This document shows positions 1-14,030 of a stretch of 64,000 nt of DNA, one piece after another. Origin of the DNA: Eledone cirrhosa (taxonomy: Eukaryota); NCBI GenBank assembly GCA_964016885.1, contig OZ024742.1:360964001-361028000 (forward strand), in the 5' to 3' direction. The notes under the pieces are model-generated. The model did no database searches and was not told where the DNA came from. It was given only the letters and a program-made list of their open reading frames with translations. Positions within the stretch are counted from its first letter, which is position 1; each line of letters opens with the position of its first letter. Made by a program: the position numbers and the translations under genes.

Positions 1-250
1 CAGGTAGTTTGTTCCATGGAGGTTTTAAAGGATGCAGTGTCTCGACATCTAACAACTGATGCAGGTAGTTTGTTCCATGCTTCAGCAACTCTGAGCATGA
101 AAAAATGTTTCCAAAAGTCATAGGAGCTGTGCTGTTTTCTGACTTTGTTGGCATGTCCACGTGTGTTAGACACATGGAAATCAAAAAGGTACCCAGGGTT
201 GTTGTTGGTGAGATGGTTAATAATGGGTGAGTTTATATGTGTTTGCTTGA
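1..250 (-). mobile_element. CR1-type LINE 3' fragment (degenerate)
   Basis: Near copy of 6620-6790, whose minus strand reads HFFTLRVAEAWNKLPASVV, resembling the C-terminal end of CR1-clade ORF2. Confidence 0.55.
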
Positions 251-1168
251 CCTACTAAAAATAGCAACAAAATCTCTTTTAAGCCACTTAGTTTGCATAA
301 AAATATCTTCAATTTTTAATGTGATGCAGTCATTGTACTTTTCTAAAATGTGTTGTTAATGTGGTTTCATGCAGTAGAGTGTTAACGGAGATAACATCTT
401 TTACCAAAAGATTCTAATATAGTATAATTATGATGGAAACCTTCAACTTAAATATGAACACTTTAAAACAGGATTTAGTATCATAAAACTAGAGATATCA
501 CAGCCCACGGGGGGCAGGAAGAAAAGGAAATACCGGGGCTTGTTCACCTGCTTCCTTCTTGTAATGGTTGGGTGTAGTTGAGATCTCTAGTATCCTCAGA
601 CCCTCTACAGCTGACCACCTCCATAAAATCAGAATGACAGCAGTCCATCTGAGGAAGGATCTCCACAAGGTGGGCTGGCTGTTGCTGGCCATTTGTCTGC
701 AGAAATATCTCTGCAGTTTTTTACTGCGGAGCCACAGCTGAAACACCGCTCCGACCTGGGTGTAGAGACTGTCACCCCCCCCCCCCCCCTTTCCTCTGTG
801 ACTTAATAGTCCTTGCGCTTTCCCTCCTTTTCTTCTCATTTACAGTATTTATAGTCTTTTCTTTTACTTTCCTATACAACTACATCTACCCTTCTTTACC
901 CCTTCCACCTTTGTTGCGTTCCTTAATTTTGTTTTTATCTTTTCTTTTAATATTTCCACCATTGTATAACTTCTGTCTGTAAAATATAGTTGACATAATA
1001 TGTTTATGTATAACAGATAGCAAAATATTTCTATCATTGTATAACCTCTGTCTGTAAAATATAGTTGACATAAAATGTCAAATCCAATGGCTTTTAAGAG
1101 TCAACATTTTTGTTGAAATCATTTTTCCAGTTGATAAACATTCTGATATTGTTTTTTTATTTTTTCAG

Positions 1169-1228
1169 ATGAAGTTCTTTTACCAACCCAACAATGTCAT
1201 GAGGTAGCACCTTCTACCAGCGTTTAAT
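1169..1228 (+). other. Probable non-coding (5' UTR) exon of the downstream gene
   Basis: Polypyrimidine acceptor tttttttatttttcAG before 1169 and donor GTAAGT at 1229. All three frames contain stops. Confidence 0.5.
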
Positions 1229-1485
1229 GTAAGTCGTGTTAATATTTAGTATTTTAAAGTTAATATAAAGAATGGTGGGCTCATGCACAAAGATGCTATA
1301 TAAAATAGGGTGAAGACCCTTGATGGAAAAGGAAGTTGCCCTTGGCTGCTAATTTTTGGAAGGTCATACTGCCAGTAAAAACACACATATTAGTCAAGTT
1401 TCATTTTGGTTTTATTATTAATGAGCTAAAAGGGTGGGGGATTGGCAGAATCAGAAGAGAGGCAGTTTTAAGTTTATTATATAAT

Positions 1486-1555
1486 CTTGTTATGTGTATT
1501 TCAAAGACATCAAAGTGATTGCACAATAATCCTTGACTTGTTTTCATCAGACAGG
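1486..1555 (-). ncRNA. Degenerate type-I hammerhead ribozyme motif (PLE relic)
   Basis: Minus strand: cctgt CTGATGA aaac...cttt GAAA tacaca TA acaag. Same layout as the 32454 family, with tgcgca decayed to tacaca. Confidence 0.5.
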
Positions 1556-1664
1556 TGTTAAGTTGTAATGTTTTGGAGTGCTTAACGTCTTCTAATTACA
1601 CTACAGCTAGTTGATTAATGGATCAACCAACGTATATTATTAGTTTTAGGCTTGATATAGTAGG

Positions 1665-1853
1665 AGAAAAGTATTAACATTTCAGATGCTAGTCCTTCAT
1701 CAGAAAATAGAATGGGAAATTAAAGAAGAAATAGAAAGATTGAGGAGACGGACAGTGGTGGAAACGGAAAACATATTTTTTTAGATAAAAAACAGGTCCG
1801 TTCATGTTGCCATCTCAAGGGAAACTGTTGATGCTGCTGTTTTGTGTAAGATG

Positions 1854-1855
<2 letters not shown>
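1665..1855 (-). mobile_element. PLE pLTR-like relic with hammerhead-like core
   Basis: Minus strand CTGATGA aggactagcatct GAAA. Homologous to 15600-15740 (CTGATGA a GGAC tagc GTCC aAAA cgtta). Both copies abut microsatellites. Confidence 0.5.
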
Positions 1856-1911
<56 letters not shown>

Positions 1912-1916
1912 CACAC

Positions 1917-1965
<49 letters not shown>

Positions 1966-2001
1966 CTTATTATGGTTGATTCTATTTTCTTTTCTTCCAG
2001 A

Positions 2002-2791
2002 ATGGGAATTCAGAATTCAAAGAAGAAGAAGGAAAAAAAATGGAAGAAATATACAGATATTGGTCCTTCTCCAGGACTGACCTATGATGGTTTGGAACCA
2101 GCCTGGCACCACCTACAGGGCATGAAGGGACTGCCACCAAGGTCTATTGTGAATAGTCCAAAATATTACTATAGTGACTTTGACGTTACAACGAATCCGA
2201 CAAACACTCTGCCACCCAAATGTGGTGTTCCTCCCTCCTCTGTATACAGAGGGGGAGCAGGCTCTTGGCCACCATCGTTAGGAGAGTTCAGCTCCAACAA
2301 CTTCCTTAAAATAAACCTTGATAACCATCCTGATGTAACCAAGTTACAGAACGAACAGAACGCCCGACGTGAAAATATGGAACAGAGAATCAACAAGATT
2401 CGAACCAGTGCCATCCAAGCTGCAGAGAGACGTAAATTTGCTGAAATGTTCAAAGCTGTGCCAAAAGAAACTCCTACAACACCGCATCGCACTACGTCAC
2501 ACCTTCTGAAGGAGACTAGTTTAGCTTTAAGCAACTTGCCGACAAATACGTCATCACCTCCCAATGCCACGAAAAGCAATAACAAAAACACCAGCATCAG
2601 TAGCAGTAATAATACTGCAAGGGGTTCTGGTTGTCGGATATTCTCAAGTAGATCAAAAACATCGTCAGCACCTCATCATATGGACAATGATGACGATGAC
2701 AAAGGGGAGATAATTCCTGTACAAATTCTCAGTGACGGCCAGAAACCACCTAAAAACAAGGAACAGATTACCTTCAGATCGTTAAGATTGA
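2002..2791 (+). CDS. Coding exon 1 of an uncharacterised protein (MGIQNSKKKKEKKWKK...)
   Basis: Acceptor ttttcttttcttccAG at 1999-2000, ATG at 2002, 790-nt open non-repetitive frame, donor GTGAGT at 2792 (phase 1). If unspliced the frame stops at 2799. Confidence 0.7.
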
Positions 2792-3806
2792 GTGAGTAGT
2801 AATTAATTTTGTTTAATTTCATATTTCATTTCATATTTCATTCTTGTATATATATATATATATATATATTGTTATACTTGGGGAGGGGTATATTGTTGTA
2901 ATATTGCCAGAAATAATAACAGAACACACTCATTATTTATTTATTAACCCTTAAACTCATCTAAAAAAGATAACATTAACCCCTCTCTCTCTCTCTCTCT
3001 CTCTCTCATACTAAAAGCTTGCTTGCTTGCTTGTCAAAAGGGTGCATAATGGGAAAATACTTTGAAAGGAAGTTGCCATGGTGATACAAATGGAATAAAA
3101 CAAGTTTTACGTAAATCGGACCACGTCTATTATATCATCATCATCATCATCATTTCATTTTGCGTCCGCTTTTTCCCTGCTTGCAAGGGTGGGACGGGAA
3201 CTGATTCTGGCTTGATTTCTACAGCTGCATGCCCTTCCTAACACCAACCTCATTTACAGTGAGTGCTCCGTGCTTTTTTGCCGTGGCACCTCCACGACCA
3301 CTTTGCAGTGGAATGATAGGGACCCCAGTCCCTATCATCTCATTTCTACAGCTGAGTAAACTGGAGCAATGTGAAATAAAGTGTCTTGCTCAAGGAAACA
3401 ACACATAACCTTGAGCAAGACACTTATATGTCTATTATATATATAATAGACACCACACCACCCAGTCTGTGTCCTATATTCTCCCTTTTTACCATCTCGA
3501 CACCTCAGTATCTTCCTTCTATATCCACATGTTGGACTACAATCCTTATTCTCTTCTCTCTTACTATTTCTCTCCTTTGTCTAAGCCATTGTCCACTCTA
3601 TATTTGTGAAATTCCCCTAAAGTTATAGCTTGTCTCTGTCTCTTTTGTTCTGTCCTAATGTGTACTGGACTGAATGGCATCGACCTTAGTGGACTGAAAC
3701 TGTAGTGATTTCCAGAGGTTGACTGAGGAGATGGGATTCTTCGTCTTTCCATTTTTTTTCTCTATTGTCTTTGTCCTGTGTGCCCTCTATTTTGAATATA
3801 TATATA

Positions 3807-4003
3807 TACAATCAGCTGTAAAGTTCATAGGCTGACCAAGATACTCTCATGGAATGACTAAATGAGATTTATTTTTCAACATTGTTTCTCTGGAAAGAAA
3901 CAATGCTGTTATTGATAAGAGTTGAAGTTAATGCAAGCAAGATTTCACAGCTCTAACATCACTCCTTCATAGTTAGCCTATGAACTTTTCAGCTAACCAT
4001 CGT
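3807..4003. mobile_element. Tc1/mariner-type MITE
   Basis: Inverted ends cagctgtaaagttcataggctgac ... gttagcctatgaacttttcagct, flanked by TA. Related partial copies at ~12385-12530 and ~25500-25672. Confidence 0.6.
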
Positions 4004-4100
4004 AAATATATATATGTATGTATATATATATATGTATATATATATACACATCCCTAAATCCCCAATCTCCACACACCTCCACCATCCAAGTCCCCAGCTG

Positions 4101-5410
4101 TCACTGTAAAGTAGTTGTGTAGGTGACACAACAAAAAGCCCCCAGTCCACACTGTAAAGAGGTCATGTAGGTGACACAACAAAAAGCCCCCAGTCCACAC
4201 TGTAAAGAGGTCATGTAGGTGTCACAACAAAAAGCCCCCAGTCCACACTGTAAAGAGGTCATGTATGTGTCACAACAAAAAGCCCCCAGTCCACACTGTA
4301 AAGAGGTCATGTAGGTGTCAAAACAAAACGCCCCCAGTCCACACTGTAAAGAGGTCATGTAGGTGTCACAACAAAAAGCCCCCAGTCCACACTGTAAAGA
4401 GGTCATGTATGTGTCACAACAAAAAGCCCCCAGTCCACACTGTAAAGAGGTCATGTAGGTGTCAAAACAAAACGCCCCCAGTCCACACTGTAAAGAGGTC
4501 ATGTATGTGTCACAACAAAAAGCCCCCAGTCCATACTGTAAAGAGGTCATGTATGTGTCACAACAAAAAGCCCCCAGTCCACACTGTAAAGAGGTCATGT
4601 AGGTGTCACAACAAAAAGCCCCCAGTCCACACTGTAAAGAGGTCATGTATGTGTCACAACAAAAAGCCCCCAGTCCACACTGTAAAGAGGTCATGTAGGT
4701 GTCACAACAAAAAGCCCCCAGTCCACACTGTAAAGAGGTCATGTAGGTGTCAAAACAAAAAGCCCCCAGTCCACACTGTAAAGAGGTCATGTATGTGTCA
4801 CAACAAAAAGCCCCCAGTCCACACTGTAAAGAGGTCATGTATGTGTCACAACAAAAAGCCCCCAGTCCACACTGTAAAGAGGTCATGTATGTGTCACAAC
4901 AAAAAGCCCTCAGTCCACACTGTAAAGAGGTCATGTATGTGTCACAACGTCCACACTGTAAAGAGGTCATGTATGTGTCACAACAAAAAGCCCCCAGTCC
5001 ACACTGTAAAGAGGTCATGTATGTGTCACAACGTCCACACTGTAAAGAGGTCATGTATGTGTCACAACAAAAAGCCCCCAGTCCACACTGTAAAGAGGTC
5101 ATGTATGTGTCACAACAAAAAGCCCCCAGTCCACACTGTAAAGAGGTCATGTATGTGTCACAACAAAAAGCCCCCAGTCCACACTGTAAAGAGGTCATGT
5201 AGGTGTCAAAACAAAAAGCCCCCAGTCCACACTGTAAAGTGGTCATGTAGCTGACACAACAAAAAGCCCCCAGTCCACACTGTAAAGAGGTCATGTAGGT
5301 GTCAAAACAAAAAGCCCCCATTCCACACTGTAAAGTGGTCATGTAGCTGACACAACAAAAAGCCCCCAGTCCACACTGTAAAGTGGTCATGTAGGTGTCA
5401 CAACCAAAAA
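4101..5410 (+). repeat. 48-bp minisatellite, ~27 copies
   Basis: Unit cactgtaaagaggtcatgta(g/t)gtgtcacaacaaaaagcccccagtcca. Two shortened units near 4945 and 5030. Confidence 0.95.
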
Positions 5411-5794
5411 CACTCCGTCCACCCCGTAATGTAGTACAGCTGGTGATGCTGAGATCACAATAAAATCCTCTCAGTACACATTATAAGGTGATTGGCAATA
5501 GAAAGGCATCCAACTATAAAAACTGAGCGAAAACAAGACATACTAGTCACTCAAGCAGTTAGGGCTCAGCACGCAACTAACAGTTTAACCCATGCAAGCA
5601 TGAAAATATATGTTAAACATTGATGATAATGGCAGTGACATTTGTTACCATATTTCTAATGAAATACCCACCCTTTCAATTGATTTCTGGAGTATTTTGA
5701 GGTATTTACTAAAGTTATTATTTTGTAACAAAGATATGGCTCTTGTATCAAATCATATTGGAAGATTTTAATTTATGTAGGAACCCTTCCAAAT

Positions 5795-5985
5795 GGGTGG
5801 TATTGGCAGTATTGGTAGAGGGTCGGACATCATGCTTTGCAGCAAAGAGTTAGGGCCCTTTATGGTCTGAGTTCAAAACCTGCCGAGGTTAACTTTGCCT
5901 TTCATCCTTACGGGATCGATAAAATAAAGTACCAGTAATGTACTTGGTAATTGCTGCCCTTGTGCCAAAAGTAGAAATAATTATT
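5795..5985 (+). mobile_element. tRNA-derived SINE (family S1)
   Basis: A-box-like tggcagtattggtagag, B-box-like gagttcaaaacc, body actttgcctttcatccttacgggatcgataaaataaagtaccag. Many copies in the window. Confidence 0.8.
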
Positions 5986-6619
5986 TTATAGAACCATACC
6001 TGGTTTTGGCTGGGTTGGTATCAGAAAGGTTCTTCAGAAAGCTTGCCAAGCAAAGGGTTGTGGGGGACCGTAAGTTGTCTCAAGGACATGACAACCTCCC
6101 AAGTATTCATGATCTACATGATAAAAGCACTCAGTACACATTGTAAAGTGGTTGGTGATAGGAAGGGATTCCAGCCATAAAACACTTGCTGAACAAAGTG
6201 TTGTGAGGACCCCCAATTGTATCAAAGATGTGAAGACCTCCCCTATCAATTAGAATGTATGACCGTACATAAGTGAGACAACATATCCCTGGCTTTTCTG
6301 GGCGATCAGTAGCTACCACTTCAGTACTGACTTGGTCTATGTAGACCAACCCTTGCTAGCAGGGAAAGTGGATGTTAAAACAATGATGCTGTTTGACTGG
6401 TACAGATTTTATGCCAGATGGATGAAAGAGGAAACATTGGCAGGAATAATAATAATGAAAATTATTGTTTACAGTGCTAAGGTGCACTACAGTTCATCAA
6501 AGGTGCATGTGTAGTACATATAATAATGTACAAATGTCAGGAAAGTGAACATTGTATGAGTTATGATACACACACACAGACACACTCACACATGTGTGCA
6601 TGTGTATGGAGGGGTATAT

Positions 6620-6790
6620 CAGGTGTTGACAAATTTCAGGAAGCATGGAGGTTTTAAAGGATGCAGTGTCTCGACAGCTAACAACTGATGCAGGTAGTTT
6701 GTTCCATGCTTCAGCAACTCTGAGCGTGAAAAAATGTTTCTGAAAGTCATGGGAGCTGTGCTGTTTTCTGACTTTGTAGGCATGTCCACG
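6620..6790 (-). mobile_element. CR1-type LINE 3' fragment
   Basis: Minus frame FQKHFFTLRVAEAWNKLPASVVSCRDTASFK. Duplicated at 1-170. Confidence 0.55.
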
Positions 6791-6872
6791 TGTACTATAC
6801 ATGCACCTTTGATGAGTTGTAGTGCACCTGAGCACTGTACACAATAATTTCCATTATTATTATTTATTAAAA

Positions 6873-7075
6873 GGCAGTGGATTGGCAGTATCGGTAGTGG
6901 GTCGGACATCATGCTTTGCAGCATAGAGTTACGGCCCTTTATGGCCTGAGTTCAAATCCCGTCGAGCTTAACTTTGCCTTTCATCCTTACAGGGTCGATA
7001 AAATAAAGTACCAGTAATGCACCCTCCCCAAAAATTGCTGGCCTTGTGCCTAAATAAGAAACCATTATTATTATT
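6873..7075 (+). mobile_element. SINE S1 copy
   Basis: Same head, B-box and body as 5795-5985, ending in (ATT)n. Confidence 0.8.
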
Positions 7076-7155
7076 TATTATAAAAAAGTTGGTATCAAAA
7101 TATTTAACCATGTTATTCCCCAATAAATGTTAATTATTCTCCTCTCTACTTTCAG

Positions 7156-7448
7156 ATGACCCCATGATGTATCTACTGCTTCCAGTACTTCTCCCAATGT
7201 TCATCATAGTATGTATAATCCGTGGTCTTGGTCACACAGGGACCGAAAGCTTATGGTCAGCAATTGGAGGCTCCAGGTTCAATTCTACAGTAGCAGACTC
7301 TCCCACACAATCTTCTTCGTTGCCTTCTCCTTCTTCATCATCACCGTTTGTGGACAGATCCCTTCCTGTTGGCAGTGGCAACAGCAGCAGCTGCAGCAGT
7401 CATGAGGCCAGCTGTGATAATACTCCGAATCTAAGGAAAAAACGATAG
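7156..7448 (+). CDS. Probable terminal coding exon (hydrophobic segment + Ser-rich tail)
   Basis: Acceptor ctctctactttcAG before 7156. Only the phase-1 frame is open (N-DPMMYLLLPVLLPMFIIVCIIRGL...LRKKR*), matching the phase-1 donor at 2792. The join is 1083 nt = 360 aa + stop. Confidence 0.6.
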
Positions 7449-7559
7449 TTAACAAACAGTTAACGAACATTTAAACCAATCAAATTAACAAACATATAAA
7501 ACACACATATGCACGTATATATATATATACACACATGCATCTATCTGTATATATACATA

Positions 7560-7623
<64 letters not shown>

Positions 7624-7803
7624 TGTATCTGTGTACATATATATATATATATATATATACACACATGCATGTATCTGTATATATACATATATATGTATAT
7701 ATATATATGCATGTATCTGTGTACATATATATATATATATATATATACACACATGCATGTATCTGTATATATACATATATATGTATATATATATATGCAT
7801 GTA

Positions 7804-7845
<42 letters not shown>

Positions 7846-8632
7846 TGCATGTATCTGTATATATACATATATATGTATATATGTATATGCATGTATCTGT
7901 GTACATATATATATATATACTCACACATACACACTCACATACACATACATATGTATTATATATGATGTATATTTATGAAAGAAAATGCAAAATAACCAAC
8001 ACAACAACCACAACAAAAACAACACTACAGTACATTTGTCAAAGTAATTTAAGAGAAATCAAAAATACAGATAATGTTGATGACAATGATGATGTTGATG
8101 AAGATGATGATTATGAAGAGGAAAATAATTAAATGAGATAGAATGGAAAAAGATGAAAAAAGTTAATAAAAGTGCAATGATTATGGCAATGAAAGAAACA
8201 ACACACATATATGTACAGATGAAGTAAATGTTGGAGAAAAAGGATTATTATTATTATGATAAAAGACCAAGTTAATCTTCAGCTTGATTTTTAACTAAAG
8301 CCTAATATCCCCTCCCCACTTTATTTTTCTTTAAATTACTTGTGTTTGTCTGAGAAAAAAAGGCAGTGCTTTATAGACATATCAAACCCTCCTATACTTA
8401 GGTAAAGGGGTTTGGAGTATCTGAGTGGAATTTGTGTGGGTCATATGTTATGGATTGTAAAAAGCTACTGTTATAGGTTTATTACAAAAAAAAATCAAGA
8501 TAGTATATATATATATATACACTATCTTGATTTTTATATACATATATATGTATGTATATGCTTAAAAATAAGAATAAGAAGAAAGCATGTATGTATGTAT
8601 ATATATATATATATGTGTGTATATATATATAA

Positions 8633-8714
<82 letters not shown>

Positions 8715-8727
8715 GTTTGTATGTATA

Positions 8728-8768
<41 letters not shown>

Positions 8769-8777
8769 GTTTGTATG

Positions 8778-8808
<31 letters not shown>

Positions 8809-9604
8809 ATGTATATATGTGTGTATGTATATGTATGTGTGTATATATGTATGAACTTGGTCTGCTATATGCTTCCATCCGTTTGATGTATGTATTGCCA
8901 AGTGTATGTGAGTTGTTCTGTGTGTGTGTACATATATGTATATATATGTGTGTTTGTATGTGTATATATGTATGTATTATATGTGTTCCTCTATGTGTGT
9001 TTGTATGAACAGCTATATACATATGTATATATATGTATGTATAAGCATGTATGTAGGTATATGTAAATAACTATGGATAAAATATGTATTTATATACAGA
9101 CAACTGTGAAATGAGGGTGTACAGCTGTGTGTATGTGTATAAATTGATAGCATGCCTTACTGTGTATATATTTAAAGTGCAATCAATATTTGAAGATAAG
9201 CATGTCATTTTTTATGTGCCTGCATTTACGACAAAATGCACAAATACACAACCACACACAGACATTATATATATATATATACACACAGACACACACACAC
9301 ACACATATATATAGATATATGTGTGTATATACATGTATATATATGGAGTGAGAGATGTATTGCTTGTTATAAACAACATAAAATTTGTATCTTACCAGCG
9401 TGGTGATCACATCCCACCAAACCCAATCTTGCTTTATATCCATCTTAGCTCCATAGATACCTGTTATATACTTGGCTTGATTGGATCAGCTATATTGTTT
9501 GTGTTCCTCTGGAAAAAAAAGAAACATTAGATTTGTGTGACATCTAAAGATTTTCCTTCCCTCTCTCTTGCTCTCACTTAGTAATTAAGGTTTTAAATTC
9601 AACG

Positions 9605-10374
<770 letters not shown>

Positions 10375-10546
10375 TATATATATATATATGTTTATAAATA
10401 CAACTTAGAGGAAGCATATATTTGCTACTAAAGTTTCACTCTACATAATAATACCCAGAGATATTATTGTGTTATATACTTTCTCATCTCAATTGCAAAT
10501 AACTACCATTTCTATATCTGCCTCCTATCATTATAATGAGGTGGCA

Positions 10547-11489
10547 AGGGTGGTGGACTGGCAGGGTCGGTAGAGGGTCGGACGCCATGTTAGGGTGGTG
10601 GACTGGCAGGGTCGGTAGAGGGTCGAACGCCATGTTAGGGTGGTGGACTGGCAGGGTCGGTAGAGGGTCGGACGCCATGTTAGGGTGGTGGACTGGCAGG
10701 GTCGGTAGAGGGTTGGACGCCATGTTAGGGTGGTGGACTGGCAGTGTCGGTAGAGGGTCGGACGCCATGTTAGGGTGGTGGACTGGCAGGGTCGGTAGAG
10801 GGTCGGACGCCATGTTAGGGTGGTGGACTGGCAGTGTCGGTAGAGGGTCGGACGCCATGTTAGGGTGGTGGACTGGCAGGGTCGGTAGAGGGTCGGACGC
10901 CATGTTAGGGTGGTGGACTGGCAGGGTCGGTAGAGGGTCGGACGCCATGTTAGGGTGGTGGACTGGCAGGGTCGGTAGAGGGTCGGACGCCATGTTAGGG
11001 TGGTGGACTGGCAGGGTCGGTAGAGGGTCGAACGCCATGTTAGAGTTGTGGACTGGCAGGGTCGGTAGAGGGTCGAACGCCATGTTAGAGTTGTGGACTG
11101 GCAGGGTCGGTAGAGGGTCGGACGCCATGTTAGAGTTGTGGACTGGCAGGGTCGGTAGAGGGTCGAACGCCATGTTAGAGTTGTGGACTGGCAGGGTCGG
11201 TAGAGGGTCGAACGCCATGTTAGAGTTGTGGACTGGCAGGGTCGGTAGAGGGTCGGACGCCATGTTAGAGTTGTGGACTGGCAGGGTCGGTAGAGGGTCG
11301 GACGCCATGTTAGAGTTGTGGACTGGCAGGGTCGGTAGAGGGTCGAACGCCATGTTAGAGTTGTGGACTGGCAGGGTCGGTAGAGGGTCGAACGCCATGT
11401 TAGAGTTGTGGACTGGCAGGGTCGGTAGAGGGTCGGACGCCATGTTAGAGTTGTGGACTGGCAGGGTCGGTAGAGGGTCGGACGCCATG
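10547..11489 (+). repeat. 45-bp G-rich minisatellite derived from the SINE head, ~21 copies
   Basis: Unit ttagggtggtggactggcagggtcggtagagggtcggacgccatg. The last unit runs directly into a SINE S1 body. Confidence 0.95.
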
Positions 11490-11665
11490 CTTTGCAGCAT
11501 AGTTACGGCCCTCTATGGTCTGTGTTCAAATCCCGCCGAGGGTAATTTTGCCTTTCATCCTTACGAGGTCGATAAAATAAAGTACCAGTAATGTACTGGA
11601 TCGATTTAATCGACTTCACCCTCCCCCAAATTACTGGCCTTGTGCCTATATAAGAAATCATTATA
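11455..11665 (+). mobile_element. SINE S1 copy
   Basis: gacgccatgctttgcagc...gttcaaatcccgccgag...cctttcatccttacgaggtcgataaaataaagtaccag. Confidence 0.8.
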
Positions 11666-12526
11666 AATAATACATGGCTAGTATATTGCGATTATCTCCC
11701 TTTAACTAGTCAAACGTGACAATCCATCCATCTGTCCATGAGCCGTTAACTCTTCATGGAATTGTAGTGGCACCATGGTGACAAACGGTGTGTCTAGGGC
11801 AAGAGAGAGAGAGAGAGAGATAGGAAGAGTCACCCCTAATATTTGATTGGTACTTTTTTTTTTATTGACCAGTCCAATGCTGGGGTCAAGTCCTTAATAT
11901 ATGATGATACTGTTTACAATGTTGTTTAAAAGTAGGAGTTTCATATAAGATGGTTATAAAGCAAGTGTTTGCGAGTAATTGTGGAATAGTGAAGAACTAT
12001 AAACTTTAGGAAATATCCCAGCTGCTCCCCTTTAGAACTGCTCCATACACTGTATTGGAGCACCCATCCACGCCTTTTCTTGATATTTCACTAATATTAC
12101 TTATGACTGGTCACAGGGGAAATAATTCTAGTAAACTACGCATAGATTATCTCCCTTGACAGAAACTACTTATTCGTTTAAGTGGTGTTTTAAATGCAAT
12201 TGAGATGACTGGATGTTTTGTGAAATAATTCTAGATATTGTTACGTCATACATCGGAGTGAAAGTATCCATCCTGTGAATTGTATATAACAATATAATTC
12301 CTCAACTTTCTACCTTGTATTGAGTTCTCTCTTCTTATTTCTTCTTGGTTCAGATTAGTGTGTGTGTTTATATATATTTTTTAAATGAGGTTTATTTTTC
12401 AACATAGTCTCTGTTAAGAATCAATGCAGTTATTAATAAGAAGAGTTGAAATTAATGCAGGCAAGATTTCATAGCTCTAACATTACTCCTTCATAGTCAG
12501 CCTATGAAGTTTTCAGCCGACCCTTG

Positions 12527-12560
<34 letters not shown>

Positions 12561-13734
12561 CATACATATATACACATACACACATACACATACACACACT
12601 TACAGGTACTCCTTGAGTTATGACCAATTATATTTCTGCGTGCGTATGTGCATTTTCTCTTGGCATCTGTTATGCTTCAACTATCAGATATAAATATTCC
12701 CACCTTTAACCGTAAAGGAGTAAATATGCTAAAAGAGAGATAAGATAAAATATATGATTTACTTATTAAATACCTGCCTGTAACTCCTCCCCTTTAGCTG
12801 TCAATTGGCAGAATCGTTAGAGCGTTGGGTAGAATGCTTTGCAGTATCCCCTCTCTCTCTCTCTCTCTCTCACTCTCACTCTCTCTCTGCTCTGTAGAGT
12901 TCAAAACCCACCGAGGTCAACTTTGCCTTTTATCCTTTTGAGGTTGATAAAAAAAAATACCATTTCAATACTGGCATTGACTATTCCCTCTTTCTCTCTC
13001 TTTCCCCCCCCCCTCTCTCTGTAAGAAATGAGTTGTTTTCACACAGAACATGGTCTCTGCCAGATTCTAAACTGTCCAAGACAATGCTGTATGTGTCAAC
13101 AACAGCCCCAACAGGAGTTACAAGTCTGTAAATACATATTCTAGAATATTTTCTTGGGTAAAAGTGTTGATTTGGTAAATAATATACAACAGCAGTCTAG
13201 AAAGATTTCAAGGTTCAATTTTGTCTTCATGTTATACGTATAAGTCTTCAAGTTACATCCATAATGTTAAGGTTTGAATAAAATAAATAATGAAAATTAT
13301 TGTGTACAATACTCAGGTGCACTATAACTCATCAAATGTGCATGTATAGTAGATAGAATAATGTACAAATGTCAAGGAAGTGAACAGAGTATGAGTCATG
13401 ATATACACACATATATACGTGTGTCTGTATGGTGGGGGGATATCAGGGCGTATGAGTCATGATATACACACATACATGTGTGTGTGTGTGTATGAAGGCG
13501 GGATATCGGGTGTAGTTTTAGTTCTGTCAGTTTTGTCTTAATGTCATATGTATAAGTCTTGAAGTTACATCTATAATAACTGATGACAGATTTGTCAGAA
13601 AGGAACTGTCATAAGTCAAGGAGTTCCTGTATATGTAAATATGAAATATGTAGGCACTTATGTATACTCATAAATTGAATGTAAGTTTAAATCTCTTTAC
13701 ATATTCATGACCCCATTTTGTTTTATCTACGTTT

Positions 13735-14030
13735 GTGTCTGAGTTTGTGTTGGTGGCTGTGTCTGAGTTTGTGTTGGTGGCTGTGTCTGAGTTTTTGTTG
13801 GTGGTTGTGTCTGAGTTTATGTTGGTGGCTTTGTCTGAGTTTGTGTTGGTGGCTGTGTCTGAGTTTGTGTTGGTGGTTGTGTCTGAGTTTGTGTTGGTGG
13901 CTGTGTCTGAGTTTGTGTTGGTGGTTGTGTCTGAGTTTGTGTTGGTGGTTGTGTCTGAGTTTGTGTTGGTGGTTGTGTCTGAGTTTGTGTTGGTGGCTGT
14001 GTCTGAGTTTGTGTTGGTGGCTGTGTCTGT
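13735..14030 (+). repeat. 24-bp minisatellite, ~12 copies
   Basis: Unit gtgtctgagtttgtgttggtgg(c/t)t. Confidence 0.95.

Noticed and set aside
4101-5390. Long repetitive ORFs over minisatellites (also 10484-11591, 13668-14076, 20533-21135, 26857-28131)
   Set aside because: Unit lengths are multiples of three and open on both strands; their origins are explained by SINE/LINE-derived or simple tandem repeats.
10590-11000. TTAGGG as an interstitial telomere
   Set aside because: Only one hexamer per 45-bp unit, not tandem telomeric repeats.
13047-13127. Possible small exon on either strand
   Set aside because: Acceptor-like sites exist on both strands, but donors are weak and no partner exon is identifiable.
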